A stretch of 64,000 nt of DNA, taken from contig CAVQSP010000013.1 of assembly GCA_963715985.1 (NCBI GenBank), positions 384,001 through 448,000 of the forward strand, written 5' to 3'. The stretch is from an uncultured Thermoleophilia bacterium (GTDB taxonomy: Bacteria; Actinomycetota; Thermoleophilia; UBA2241). Positions 21,746 through 32,282 of this stretch are shown here, one piece after another. The notes below the pieces were generated by a model. The model worked only from the letters and a program-made list of their open reading frames with translations. It was not told the origin of the DNA and made no database searches. The position numbers were made by a program, and so were the translations under genes. Every line of letters begins with the position of its first letter. The stretch's first letter is position 1.

Positions 21746-22206
21746 TGGAGGCCAAGGACTTGCGCAAGTGGGCCGGCCTGGTCGGCATCCTCGGTGGCCT
21801 CGTCGCCATCCTCAGCGGCCTGCTCGCGCACTTCAGGGAACCGATGCTGGGCTATCCGTGGCGCCCGTTCATCACCGTGTTCGAGAACACGGCGGTGTTC
21901 TCCGCCGTGGGCATGCTCATCGGCATGGGCATCATCATGGTCGTCGGCGGCCTGCTCGCGTTCCGCAGCGCGCTGTGGGGCGGCCTCCTGGTCATCTTCC
22001 CGGCCGTGGTCGGCCTCGTCTACTGCTACACGCACGCGTGGCACCGGCTCGACCTCATCGCCTACTGGGCGGCGCCGGTGGTGCTGGCGTGGCTCTCCGG
22101 CATCTTCGCCGGCTACGCCCTGGCGAAGTCGATCGAGCCCTACGACATCGAGCCCGAAGAAGACAAGCCATATCAGCCGCACGAGGGCGCGACGCCCGCG
22201 AGCTGA
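21745..22206 (+). CDS. Hypothetical membrane protein (about 4 TM)
   Basis: Coupled to the permease (TGATG); hydrophobic segments. Confidence 0.75.
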   Translation: MEAKDLRKWAGLVGILGGLVAILSGLLAHFREPMLGYPWRPFITVFENTAVFSAVGMLIGMGIIMVVGGLLAFRSALWGGLLVIFPAVVGLVYCYTHAWHRLDLIAYWAAPVVLAWLSGIFAGYALAKSIEPYDIEPEEDKPYQPHEGATPAS

Positions 22207-22231
22207 CAGGGCCCGAGGGCCCGACGAGACT

Positions 22232-22269
22232 CGAGGGGCGGGGGCGGCGTGAGCCGCCCCCGCCCCTCG
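22232..22269. terminator. Perfect 17-bp hairpin between convergent genes
   Basis: CGAGGGGCGGGGGCGGC-GTGA-GCCGCCCCCGCCCCTCG. Confidence 0.75.
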
Positions 22270-22312
22270 TGCGTACGGCAGCCGGCCGGCGCGCGGTGCC
22301 GCGCGCCGGCGC

Positions 22313-22750
22313 TCAGGCCTCGAGCAGGATCGTCACCGGCCCGTCGTTGAGCAGTTCGACCTGCATGTGCGCGCCGAAGACGCCGGTCTGCACCGGCACG
22401 CCCTCGGCGCGCAGCGCCTCCACGTAGGCCTCGTAGACTATCTCGCCGACCTCGGGCGCGGCGGCGGCCACGAAGCTGGGGCGATTGCCGCGGCGGGCGT
22501 CGGCGTACAAGGTGAACTGCGAGACCGCCAGGACCTCGCCGCCCACGTCGGACAGGGCGAGGTTCATCAGGCCCGCCTCGTCGCTGAACACGCGCAGGCG
22601 GGCCGTCTTGGCGGCCAGCCTGGCGGCGGCGTCGCGGCCGTCGCCGTGGGCCACTCCCACGAGGGCCAGGAAGCCGCGTCCCGTCTCGGCCACGCGGCGG
22701 CCCTCCACGGTCACTGAGGCGCGGCTGACGCGTTGGATGAGGACGCGCAT
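22313..22750 (-). CDS. dtd: D-aminoacyl-tRNA deacylase
   Basis: [32 protein letters not shown]; TACACT 6 nt before ATG. Confidence 0.97.
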   Translation of the reverse strand: MRVLIQRVSRASVTVEGRRVAETGRGFLALVGVAHGDGRDAAARLAAKTARLRVFSDEAGLMNLALSDVGGEVLAVSQFTLYADARRGNRPSFVAAAAPEVGEIVYEAYVEALRAEGVPVQTGVFGAHMQVELLNDGPVTILLEA

Positions 22751-22942
22751 GGGCCGAGTGTAGCGACGGGTGCACGGGGGCGCCAGCGGCGGTGCGCGGG
22801 CCTGGCGAACGCTCTTCCGGTCCGGCACTCCCGAGCGGTGGTTGCCGAGCGCGGTATCCGCCGCCTCATCGAGACGTTAACACGAGCAAAACGGGCACTT
22901 TACGTGCATGCCGAGCCTCAGTTCCCGTCCGCCGGAGATGGT

Positions 22943-22971
22943 TTGACTTGCCCGCGAATCGGTCATACCAT
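22943..22971 (+). promoter_or_regulatory. SigA-type promoter of groESL
   Basis: TTGACT-N17-TACCAT. Confidence 0.7.
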
Positions 22972-22987
22972 TACGACCCCGCGTGAC

Positions 22988-23014
22988 TTAGCACTCTCCG
23001 CCGGAGAGTGCCAG
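22988..23014 (+). promoter_or_regulatory. CIRCE element (HrcA operator)
   Basis: TTAGCACTC-N9-GAGTGCCAG upstream of groES. Confidence 0.93.
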
Positions 23015-23045
23015 AACCTAGGTGAAAGAAGAGGAGGGTTGCTGC

Positions 23046-23339
23046 ATGAAGCTCAAGCCGCTCGAGGACCGCGTCATCATCAAGGCGGTCAAGGAAGAGG
23101 AGAAGACCGCCAGCGGCATCGTGTTGCCCGACACGGCCAAAGAGAAGCCGATGATGGGCGAGGTCGTCGCTGTTGGCGACGGCAAGTGGGATGAGGACGG
23201 CAAGAAGCGCGTCCCCGTCGACGTCAAGAAGGGCGACAAGGTCATCTACGGCAAGTACTCGGGCACCGAGTACAAGACGTCCGAAGGTGACGAGCTCCTG
23301 ATCCTGCGCGCCAGCGAGATCCTGGCCGTAGTCGTATAA
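23046..23339 (+). CDS. groES: Co-chaperonin GroES
   Basis: [31 protein letters not shown]. Confidence 0.99.
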   Translation: MKLKPLEDRVIIKAVKEEEKTASGIVLPDTAKEKPMMGEVVAVGDGKWDEDGKKRVPVDVKKGDKVIYGKYSGTEYKTSEGDELLILRASEILAVVV

Positions 23340-23355
23340 CGAGAAGGGAGGCTGA

Positions 23356-24999
<1,644 letters not shown>

Positions 25000-25079
25000 G
25001 CCGATAGCCTTCGGCGATCGGCTCGATGCTTCGCCTGCGGCGAGCAAGAAGCCGACGAAGCACACAGCGCTTTCGCGTC

Positions 25080-25116
25080 GCGGCGGGCGGGCCCCAGGGC
25101 CCGCCCGCCGCTCTTT
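25080..25116 (+). terminator. Intrinsic terminator after groEL
   Basis: GCGGCGGGCGGGCC...GGCCCGCCCGCCGC followed by TCTTT. Confidence 0.75.
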
Positions 25117-25173
25117 GCGGCGCCGCGAGCGGTCATACTAAGGGCTCCGCCCCCCACCGGAAGGAGGCCTCCC

Positions 25174-25539
25174 GTGGCCCTGATCCAGTCGCTCGACTTC
25201 GTCGCCGTGCCCTCCACCGACGCCGCCCGCTCGCGCGCGTTCTACGTCGAGACGCTCGGCCTCCGCCCCGATGACCACGCGCGCTTCGAGTTCTGGGTCG
25301 GCGAGACGTGCTTCGGCATCTGGGAGCCCGAGAAGGTGGGCATGCCGTTCGCGCCACAGACCAGCGCCCATCTCGCCCTGCACGTCAACGACGTGGCTGC
25401 GGCCAGGGCCGAGCTCGAGGAGAAGGGCGTCAGCTTCCTCGGAGACACCCTGGACACCGGCGTATGCCACATGGCCCTGTTCACCGACCCCGACGGCAAC
25501 GGGCTCATGTTGCACCACCGGTACGCGCCGCACTCCTGA
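25174..25539 (+). CDS. VOC/glyoxalase family protein
   Basis: FYVETLGL, LHVNDVAAARAEL, FTDPDGN; AAGGAGG RBS. Confidence 0.9.
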   Translation: MALIQSLDFVAVPSTDAARSRAFYVETLGLRPDDHARFEFWVGETCFGIWEPEKVGMPFAPQTSAHLALHVNDVAAARAELEEKGVSFLGDTLDTGVCHMALFTDPDGNGLMLHHRYAPHS

Positions 25540-25610
25540 GTGACGCGGCGCCGGCCCGGGCCTTCGTCGGCTGCGGGGTGGGATCGGCGGCGCGTCGGGC
25601 GGACGATGTT

Positions 25611-27054
25611 CTAGAGGCGCTCCTCCAGGCGCGCCGCATACAGCCGCCATTTCTCGGGCACACCCTTGAGCTCGTGCTCGCCGCGGTCGTCGAAGACGAG
25701 GCCGGAGCCCGCGACGAGGTCCTTGACCGTGGAGCTGACGAGGACCTCGGAGGGGCCGGCGAGGGCGGCCACGCGGGCGCCGATGTGCACGGCGATGCCT
25801 CCGACATCGGACCCCATGAGCTCGATCTCGCCGGTGTGGCAGCCCGCGCGGACCTCCAGCCCCAGTGGCCGCACAGCCTCGCAGATCGCCTGCGCGCACT
25901 TGACGGCCCGCGCAGGTCCGTCGAAGGTGGCGAGGAAGCCGTCACCCGTGGTGCCGACCTCGGTGCCTCGGTAGCGCGCCAGCATCGCCCGCACCACGTG
26001 ATGGTGGCGCTCGAGGAGCTCGGTCCACCTGCGGTCGCCGAGCTCACAGGCCTTGTCCGTCGAGCCGACGATGTCGGTGAAGAGCACGGTCGCCAGCATG
26101 CGGTCGAGGGCGGCCTCCTCGTGCTGGACCGACTCGATGAAGGCGATCATCGCGTCGGCGTAGGCCTCCTCCTGGTCGAAGAAGGGGATCACGGCCGCTC
26201 CAGGAACGGTCACAAGTCGCGCACCCGGGATGAGGGAGGCGTTGTACTCGGCCACCCCATGGCTGGACAGGTCGCCGAGGCTGCATCGCCGGCGATCCTT
26301 CCGGTGGTCGGCTCAGGGCGGCGCCAACGCCCAGCCAGGAAGGCGCGGCGCGTTCCTTCACGAGCACAGCGGCCGGGACGTGGATGGTGCGAGCGACCTC
26401 GCGGGCATCGGTCTCATACTCCGTGCGCGTGAAGGCGAGGAAACCCCCAGGGGTCGTCGCGAAACGCGCCAGCTTGGCGTGCACGCGCACGAAGTCCTCG
26501 TCGTGCCACGGGCCGTCCTCGGGACGGTCGCCGCAGGTGAGCTGGCCGATCTCCAGGGCGTGCTCGTCCTGGCCCCAGATCTCGTACAGCCGGTTGACGT
26601 ACAGCTCCTCTTCCTCGGGTCTCGTCCCCCAGGGGTAGTCCGGAGCCCATTTCTGCCTCAGGTCGCCGTCGAGCAGGACGGCCAGCGTCTTCTCCGGGTA
26701 GGTGGCGGCGAACATCGCCGCAAGAGGCGCTGACTCGTACCAACCGTAGATCGCGGCCCGGTCCACACCGGCCGCCGCGAGCACCGCGTTGACATCGTCC
26801 AGGCTGCGCTCCAGCGTGGGGTCGTCTGTGACGCGGTCGGACATGCCCGTGCCGCGGCGGTCGAAGTGCAGCACCCGGAGGCTCGTCGAGAGACGCCGGA
26901 CGAAGCGCGCGAACTGCGGCCACTCCCAGTAGACCTCGATGTGCGAGTACATGCCGTTGACGAGGACGAGGGCCGGCCCGCTGCCCAAGTCCTGATAGGC
27001 GATGTACAAGCCGTCCGGGGTCTTCGCCCAGTGGACCTGGGGCACGGTGCTCAT
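25611..27054 (-). CDS. Alpha/beta-hydrolase-fold + class III nucleotidyl cyclase (LipJ/Rv1900c type), copy 1, frameshifted around 26260-26340
   Basis: IAYQ..G.GP, FDRRGTGMSDR, FAATYPE; ATVLFTDIVGST, TTGDGFLATFDGP, HTGEIE, GIAVHIGARV. Confidence 0.85.
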
Positions 27055-27065
27055 GGCTGCCTACC

Positions 27066-28007
27066 TCACGCGACAGGCGGAGCCGCCTGCTGCAGGTCGC
27101 GGATGGTGCCGACCAGGCCGTCGAGCAGGCCGACGGCGACGGCCGGCTCCGCCTTGAGCAGCTTCTCGAAGTCGGCGCGCGTGAGCTTCGCCGTCGTCAG
27201 ATCGCCGACGGCGGTCACCGTGGCCGAACGGGGAGCGCCGTCGATCAGCGCCAGTTCGCCGAAGCAGTCGTCCGCGCCGAGTGCACGCGTGTGGCCGCCG
27301 GGCGTGCGCACGCGTGCGCGACCGTTGAGGATGATGAACAGCGAGTCGCCGGGTTCGCCGGCGAGCACGACCGTGGAGCCGCCGGCGTAGCGCTCCACGG
27401 TGACGAAGCGCGCGATGCGCCGCAGGTGGCTCTCGGCGAGCGCCTCGAACAGGCCCACATGACGGAGCACGACGAGCCAGCCGAGCGCGTCCCTGCCCTC
27501 GAGCTCCTCGGGCACGGCTTCGACGGCGGGCCCGGCGCCCTCATCTCTCGGTCCGCTGTGGTCCGGGATCCTCTGGCTGTCCAAGCGCTGCAGGTCGCGC
27601 ACGACCAGAGTGAGCCCGGGGAGGAGGCCGACGGCCAGGGCCGGCTCGTCGTGCAGGGCAGTGCCGAAGTCGGCACGGCCGATGCACGCCGTCGTCACCG
27701 GCCCGACCGCCTTCACCGTCGCGGCTCGCGGGGCCCCGTCGATCAGCGAGAGCTCGCCGAAGCAGTCCGCGGACGTCAGCAGGGTCTCCCGGCCGGAGGA
27801 GGTCACGGCGAGCGCGTCTCCCGCCACGATGATGTGGAACGAGTCTCCGGGCTCGCCCTCGCGCACGATCACGTCGTCGTCGTGGTAGTGCATGAAGGCC
27901 GCAAGCTCGGCGATCCTGCCCCGGTGGTGGCGCGGCAGCGCCTGGAACAACGGAGTCTGCTCCAGGGCCTTGAGTTCCGCTTTCTGCTCCGCTGAGTCCT
28001 TGCTCAT
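27066..28007 (-). CDS. Tandem cyclic-nucleotide-binding domain protein without HTH or kinase
   Basis: Two cNMP domains with GELSLIDGAPRAAT and GELALIDGAPRSAT; start MSKDSAEQ with AGGAGGAG RBS. Confidence 0.88.
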   Translation of the reverse strand: MSKDSAEQKAELKALEQTPLFQALPRHHRGRIAELAAFMHYHDDDVIVREGEPGDSFHIIVAGDALAVTSSGRETLLTSADCFGELSLIDGAPRAATVKAVGPVTTACIGRADFGTALHDEPALAVGLLPGLTLVVRDLQRLDSQRIPDHSGPRDEGAGPAVEAVPEELEGRDALGWLVVLRHVGLFEALAESHLRRIARFVTVERYAGGSTVVLAGEPGDSLFIILNGRARVRTPGGHTRALGADDCFGELALIDGAPRSATVTAVGDLTTAKLTRADFEKLLKAEPAVAVGLLDGLVGTIRDLQQAAPPVA

Positions 28008-28057
28008 GGCCTCTCCTCCTGTGGGTCGTCCGGCTATGGACGACACGTCTGCCTGCG

Positions 28058-29431
28058 TCACGCGTCCGACGGTGCTAGGGCGTAGAGGCGCCACACCTCC
28101 GGCACACCCTTGAGCCGGTGCTCGCCGCGGTCCTGGAAGACGAGACCGGAGCCGGCGACGAGGTCCTTGACCGTGGAGCTGACGAGGACCTCGGAAGGCC
28201 CGGCGAGGGCGGCCACCCGGGCGCCGATGTGCACGGCGATGCCGCCGACGTCGGCGCCCAGCAGCTCGATCTCGCCGGTGTGGCAGCCGGCGCGCACCTC
28301 GAGGCCCAATGGCTTCACCGCCGCGCAGATGCTCTGCGCGCACTTCACGGCCCGGGCGGGGCCGTCGAAGGTCGCGAGAAAGCCGTCGCCGGTGGTCTTG
28401 ATCTCTGTGCCGCGGAACCTGGTGACGAGCGCCCGCACAGTCTGGTCGTGTCGTTCGAGGAGCTCGGTCCAGGCCCGGTCGCCGAGATCGCAAGCCCTGT
28501 CGGTCGACCCCACGACGTCGGTGAAGAGCACCGTAGCCAGCACGCGATCCAGCTCGGTCTCCTCTGCCCGGACGGACGTGATGAACTGCTCGATGGCCGA
28601 CACCATCGGCTCGGGGTCGTGCACCCAGATGACCTCCCAGGGCGTGGACACCGGCACGGACACGGCGCCCGGGATGAGGCCGGCCTGAGCGCGCGAGAAC
28701 TCCGCGTCCTCGCTTTGGCCGGCGGCGAAGAAGTCCGCCGTGGGGACGGAGATGGTCGGGAGGATCCTGCGCACGTCGGTCGCGAACCACATGCGCTCGA
28801 ACGCTTCGTAGCCCACCGGCGTGGCGGCGTTGCGTGCGAACCTGGCGCACCAGCGCAGGAACTCCGGTGTCCAGCACGGCGAGCCGTCCGCAGGCTCTGC
28901 CGTGAACCCGGTGCGCACGAACTCCCGCGCACCGGCCTCCGTGCCCCACGCCTTCAGACACCGCGCGAGTCCGTCCTCGAAGTCTTCCTCGCTCTCACCA
29001 TGGGGATAGTCGGGCTCCCGGCGGTAGTGGAGAGACCCGTTGAGCGCGAGACAGAGCGTCCTGTCCGGGTGGGTGGCTGCGAAGAAGGCGGCGAGCTCGG
29101 GACCGGGCCCGCCCCACGCGAGCAGGGCCGCCTTCTCGACGCCGGCGGCATCCATCACGGCGCGGACGTCGTCAAGGAGCACGCCGAGGTCGGGGGTTCC
29201 GCTGACCCGGTCCGACATGCCGATCCCGCGCTTGTCGAAGACGATCACGCGCATGTTCCTCGACAAGCGGCTCAAGAAGCGGACGTAGCGCGGCTGCTCC
29301 CAATACACCTCGAGGTGAGAGACCCAGCCGTGGATGACGACAAGCGTGACCGGGCCCCCACCGAGGTCCTGGTAGGCGATGCAGGCACCGTCGACCGTTC
29401 GCGCCCAGCGGACCTCGGGGACGCTGGTCAC
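28058..29431 (-). CDS. Alpha/beta-hydrolase-fold + class III nucleotidyl cyclase (LipJ/Rv1900c type), copy 2
   Basis: HGWVSHLE, FDKRGIGMSDR, FAATHPDR; VLFTDVVGST, IKTTGDGF, GIAVHIGARV. Confidence 0.92.
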   Translation of the reverse strand: MTSVPEVRWARTVDGACIAYQDLGGGPVTLVVIHGWVSHLEVYWEQPRYVRFLSRLSRNMRVIVFDKRGIGMSDRVSGTPDLGVLLDDVRAVMDAAGVEKAALLAWGGPGPELAAFFAATHPDRTLCLALNGSLHYRREPDYPHGESEEDFEDGLARCLKAWGTEAGAREFVRTGFTAEPADGSPCWTPEFLRWCARFARNAATPVGYEAFERMWFATDVRRILPTISVPTADFFAAGQSEDAEFSRAQAGLIPGAVSVPVSTPWEVIWVHDPEPMVSAIEQFITSVRAEETELDRVLATVLFTDVVGSTDRACDLGDRAWTELLERHDQTVRALVTRFRGTEIKTTGDGFLATFDGPARAVKCAQSICAAVKPLGLEVRAGCHTGEIELLGADVGGIAVHIGARVAALAGPSEVLVSSTVKDLVAGSGLVFQDRGEHRLKGVPEVWRLYALAPSDA

Positions 29432-29606
29432 CGAGCTCTCCGAGGTGCAGAGGATCTCATCGACCGGCCCCTTCGATGTACTACAGCACGCGCCGTGCGA
29501 CCAGCATAGTCAGGCCACGACGCTGGGACAACGTCACGTCGACGACGGCGCTCGATGTATCGTTGCGCCAGGCAGGGAGCCGGCACGCGGGACCGCGAGG
29601 TGGACC

Positions 29607-31046
29607 ATGGAGATGTGCAGCGATCTGATCGGCGGCGAGTGGGTGTCGGCGTCGGACCACGCGACCTTCGAGACGCGGGACCCGGCGCACGCCGACGACG
29701 TGCTCGCCGTCTTCCCCAGCGCGACGTCTGCCGACACGGCCCAGGCCGTGGCCGCCGCGGCCGAGGCGTTCCCGCAGTGGGCGGCCACGCCGGCCCCGGC
29801 GCGCGGCGCCATCCTCTTCCGCGCCGCGGAGCTGCTCACCGAGCGCCTCGAGGACGTGGCCCGCACGCTGACCCGGGAGGAGGGCAAGACGCTCGCCGAG
29901 GCGCGCGGCGAGGTGACGCGGGCGCGCGACATCCTGCGCTACTTCGCGGGCGAGGGGTGGCGCGCCGGCGGGGACGTCCTGCCGCCCAACACCGTGAACG
30001 CCATGCTCTTCAGCCGCCGCGAGCCGCTCGGCGTGGTGGCCGTCATCACGCCGTGGAACTTCCCCATCGCCATCCCGGCCTGGAAGATCGCCCCGGCGCT
30101 CGCCTACGGTGACACCGTGGTGTTCAAGCCGGCCTCGGCAACGCCGCTCACGGCGCTGCGCCTGGTCGAGTGCCTGGTGGACGCCGGCCTGCCGGCCGGC
30201 GTCCTGAACCTGGTGACCGGGTCCGGCGCCACCGTGGGCGGAGCCCTCGCCGGCGATCCGGTCGTCCGTGGTCTCACCTTCACCGGCTCGCACGCCACCG
30301 GGGCCGGCATCTACGCGCGCGCCACGGAGCACTTCGCGCGCGTCCAGCTGGAGATGGGCGGCAAGAACCCCACCATCGTGCTGCGCGACGCCGACCTCGA
30401 CCTCGCCGTGCGACTGGCCGTGACGGGCGGGTTCGGTCTCACCGGCCAGAGCTGCACGGCGACCAGCCGCGTCATCGTGGAGGAGGCCGTGGCCGACCGC
30501 TTCGCCGCGGCCTTGGCGGAGGCCGCCGCAGACCTCGCTGTGGGAGACGGCCTCGAGGACGGCGTCCAGATGGGACCGGCCGTCAGCGCGGAGCAGCTTG
30601 CCACCGACCTCGAGTACGTGCAGATCGCCCGCGACGAGGGTGCCGAGCTGCTGACGGGTGGGGGCCTGGCGGGCGAGGACGGCCACTTCATCCAGCCCAC
30701 GGTGTTCGACCGCGTGGAGGCGCGCAGCCGCCTGGCCCAGGAGGAGGTCTTCGGACCCGTGGTCGCCATCATCCGCGCGCGCGACCTCGACGACGCCATC
30801 TTCAAGGCCAACGCCGTGGGCTTCGGACTCGCGGCGAGCGTGGTCACAGGCGACCTGCACCGCGCCTTCTCGTTCGTGGACCGCATCGAGGCCGGCGTGG
30901 TCAAGGTCAACGAACCCACCACCGGCCTCGCCCTGCAGGCGCCGTTCGGGGGGTTCAAGCAGTCAAGCGCCAACACGTTCAAGGAGCAGGGACCCGCGGC
31001 CCTGGAGTTCTACACGCGCACCAAGACCGTGTACGTCACCTACTGA
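29607..31046 (+). CDS. Aldehyde dehydrogenase (alpha-ketoglutaric semialdehyde dehydrogenase-like)
   Basis: ITPWNFP, FKPAS, FTGS, LEMGGKNP, GQSCTATSR, EEVFGPV, PFGGFK. Confidence 0.9.
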   Translation: MEMCSDLIGGEWVSASDHATFETRDPAHADDVLAVFPSATSADTAQAVAAAAEAFPQWAATPAPARGAILFRAAELLTERLEDVARTLTREEGKTLAEARGEVTRARDILRYFAGEGWRAGGDVLPPNTVNAMLFSRREPLGVVAVITPWNFPIAIPAWKIAPALAYGDTVVFKPASATPLTALRLVECLVDAGLPAGVLNLVTGSGATVGGALAGDPVVRGLTFTGSHATGAGIYARATEHFARVQLEMGGKNPTIVLRDADLDLAVRLAVTGGFGLTGQSCTATSRVIVEEAVADRFAAALAEAAADLAVGDGLEDGVQMGPAVSAEQLATDLEYVQIARDEGAELLTGGGLAGEDGHFIQPTVFDRVEARSRLAQEEVFGPVVAIIRARDLDDAIFKANAVGFGLAASVVTGDLHRAFSFVDRIEAGVVKVNEPTTGLALQAPFGGFKQSSANTFKEQGPAALEFYTRTKTVYVTY

Positions 31047-31125
31047 GCCGCGGCAAGACCCGCGCGATCAGGGATAGGCAAATGTCCCGGGGGTCGTCCG
31101 GGCGCCGCACGGGTACTGTGAGCTC

Positions 31126-31353
31126 ATGGACAGGCTGGCCGAAGCCACGGAATACACGCTCGTCGTCCGGGGGCCGGCTCAAGACCTGCTGTACGAGCAC
31201 TTCTCCCGCCTCTTCCGAGGGCGGGATGGGGTCGTCGTGGTCAAGGACCGCCGCCGCGCCGAGCGTCGCAGGGCCTCGTATCCGTCGGCGCCGGAGCGCC
31301 GTCGCCACGAGCGCCGTGGGCGCGGCCCTGCCTGGCTCGTACCGCCCGAGTGA
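31126..31353 (+). CDS. Small Arg-rich hypothetical protein (DRR/ERR repeats)
   Basis: 75 aa; TACTGT exactly 6 nt before ATG (leaderless geometry). Confidence 0.6.
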   Translation: MDRLAEATEYTLVVRGPAQDLLYEHFSRLFRGRDGVVVVKDRRRAERRRASYPSAPERRRHERRGRGPAWLVPPE

Positions 31354-31465
31354 CTCTGCCGAAGTACCGCCCGCGTCGCGTTGAAACACGTGTACTTGTG
31401 TGCCGTGCTTCACATATACTTTCCGGACGTTCGTCACGCAGTCATTCGTCGTGGAGGTCTGGCAC

Positions 31466-32275
31466 ATGTTGTTGATGGGTGAATCGATCAACGGGACGCG
31501 CAAGCAGGTCGCCGAAGCGATCCAGGCGCGCAACACCGAGTTCATCAAGACTCTCGCCATGGATCAGGTCGAGGCTGGCGCGTCCGTCCTCGACGTCAAC
31601 GGCGGCGTGGCCGGCGGTGACGAGATCGCCGACATGACGTGGCTCATCGACACGGTCATGGAAGTCACCGACATGCAGCTCATGGTCGACTCGGCCAGCG
31701 CCTCCGTGCTCGAACACGGCGTCAAGCTGATCATCGACAAGGGCGGCAAGGTGCCGTTCATCAACTCGATCAGCGGTGAGCAGGCGCGCATCGACGCCGC
31801 CCTGCCGCTGGTGGAGAAGTACAAGACCCCGGTCATCGCCCTGTGCCTCAGCGAAGACGGCATCCCGCCGACCGCGCAGGACCGCTTCGACGTCGCCAAG
31901 CAGCTGCACGACCTGTGCACCGGCGTCGGCCTCCCGGCCGAGGACGTCTGGGTCGACCCGCTCGTGCTCTCCGTGTCCGCCGACGGCCAGGCCGCCGTCG
32001 TCACCATGCAGACCCTCGCCATGGTCAAGGCTCAGCTTCCCGTGCGCACCACCGGCGGCCTCAGCAACGTCAGCTTCGGCCTGCCGAACCGCCCGCTCCT
32101 CAACCGCACCTTCGTGGCGATGTGCGCCGGTCTGGGCATCGACGGCGCCGTCCTCGACGTGCGCAACAAGCAGATGATGGCCACCATCAAGGCGATCGAG
32201 GCCCTGCGCGGCGAGGACAACTTCTGCGGCGGCTACCTCACCGCGCACCGCGCCGGTATCCTCGAAGCCCAGTAG
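31466..32275 (+). CDS. Methyl-THF:corrinoid methyltransferase (AcsE/MT2, pterin-binding TIM barrel)
   Basis: MGESINGTRK, LDVNGG, LMVDS, INSI, DPLV, GGLSNVSFGLP.R..LN..F. Confidence 0.9.
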   Translation: MLLMGESINGTRKQVAEAIQARNTEFIKTLAMDQVEAGASVLDVNGGVAGGDEIADMTWLIDTVMEVTDMQLMVDSASASVLEHGVKLIIDKGGKVPFINSISGEQARIDAALPLVEKYKTPVIALCLSEDGIPPTAQDRFDVAKQLHDLCTGVGLPAEDVWVDPLVLSVSADGQAAVVTMQTLAMVKAQLPVRTTGGLSNVSFGLPNRPLLNRTFVAMCAGLGIDGAVLDVRNKQMMATIKAIEALRGEDNFCGGYLTAHRAGILEAQ

Positions 32276-32282
32276 CACTGCC

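Noticed and set aside
31466-32275. Second dihydropteroate synthase
   Set aside because: Lacks NVTPDSFSDG and SRK; has the AcsE-type GESIN and SNVSFGLP motifs, and true folP lies at 56816
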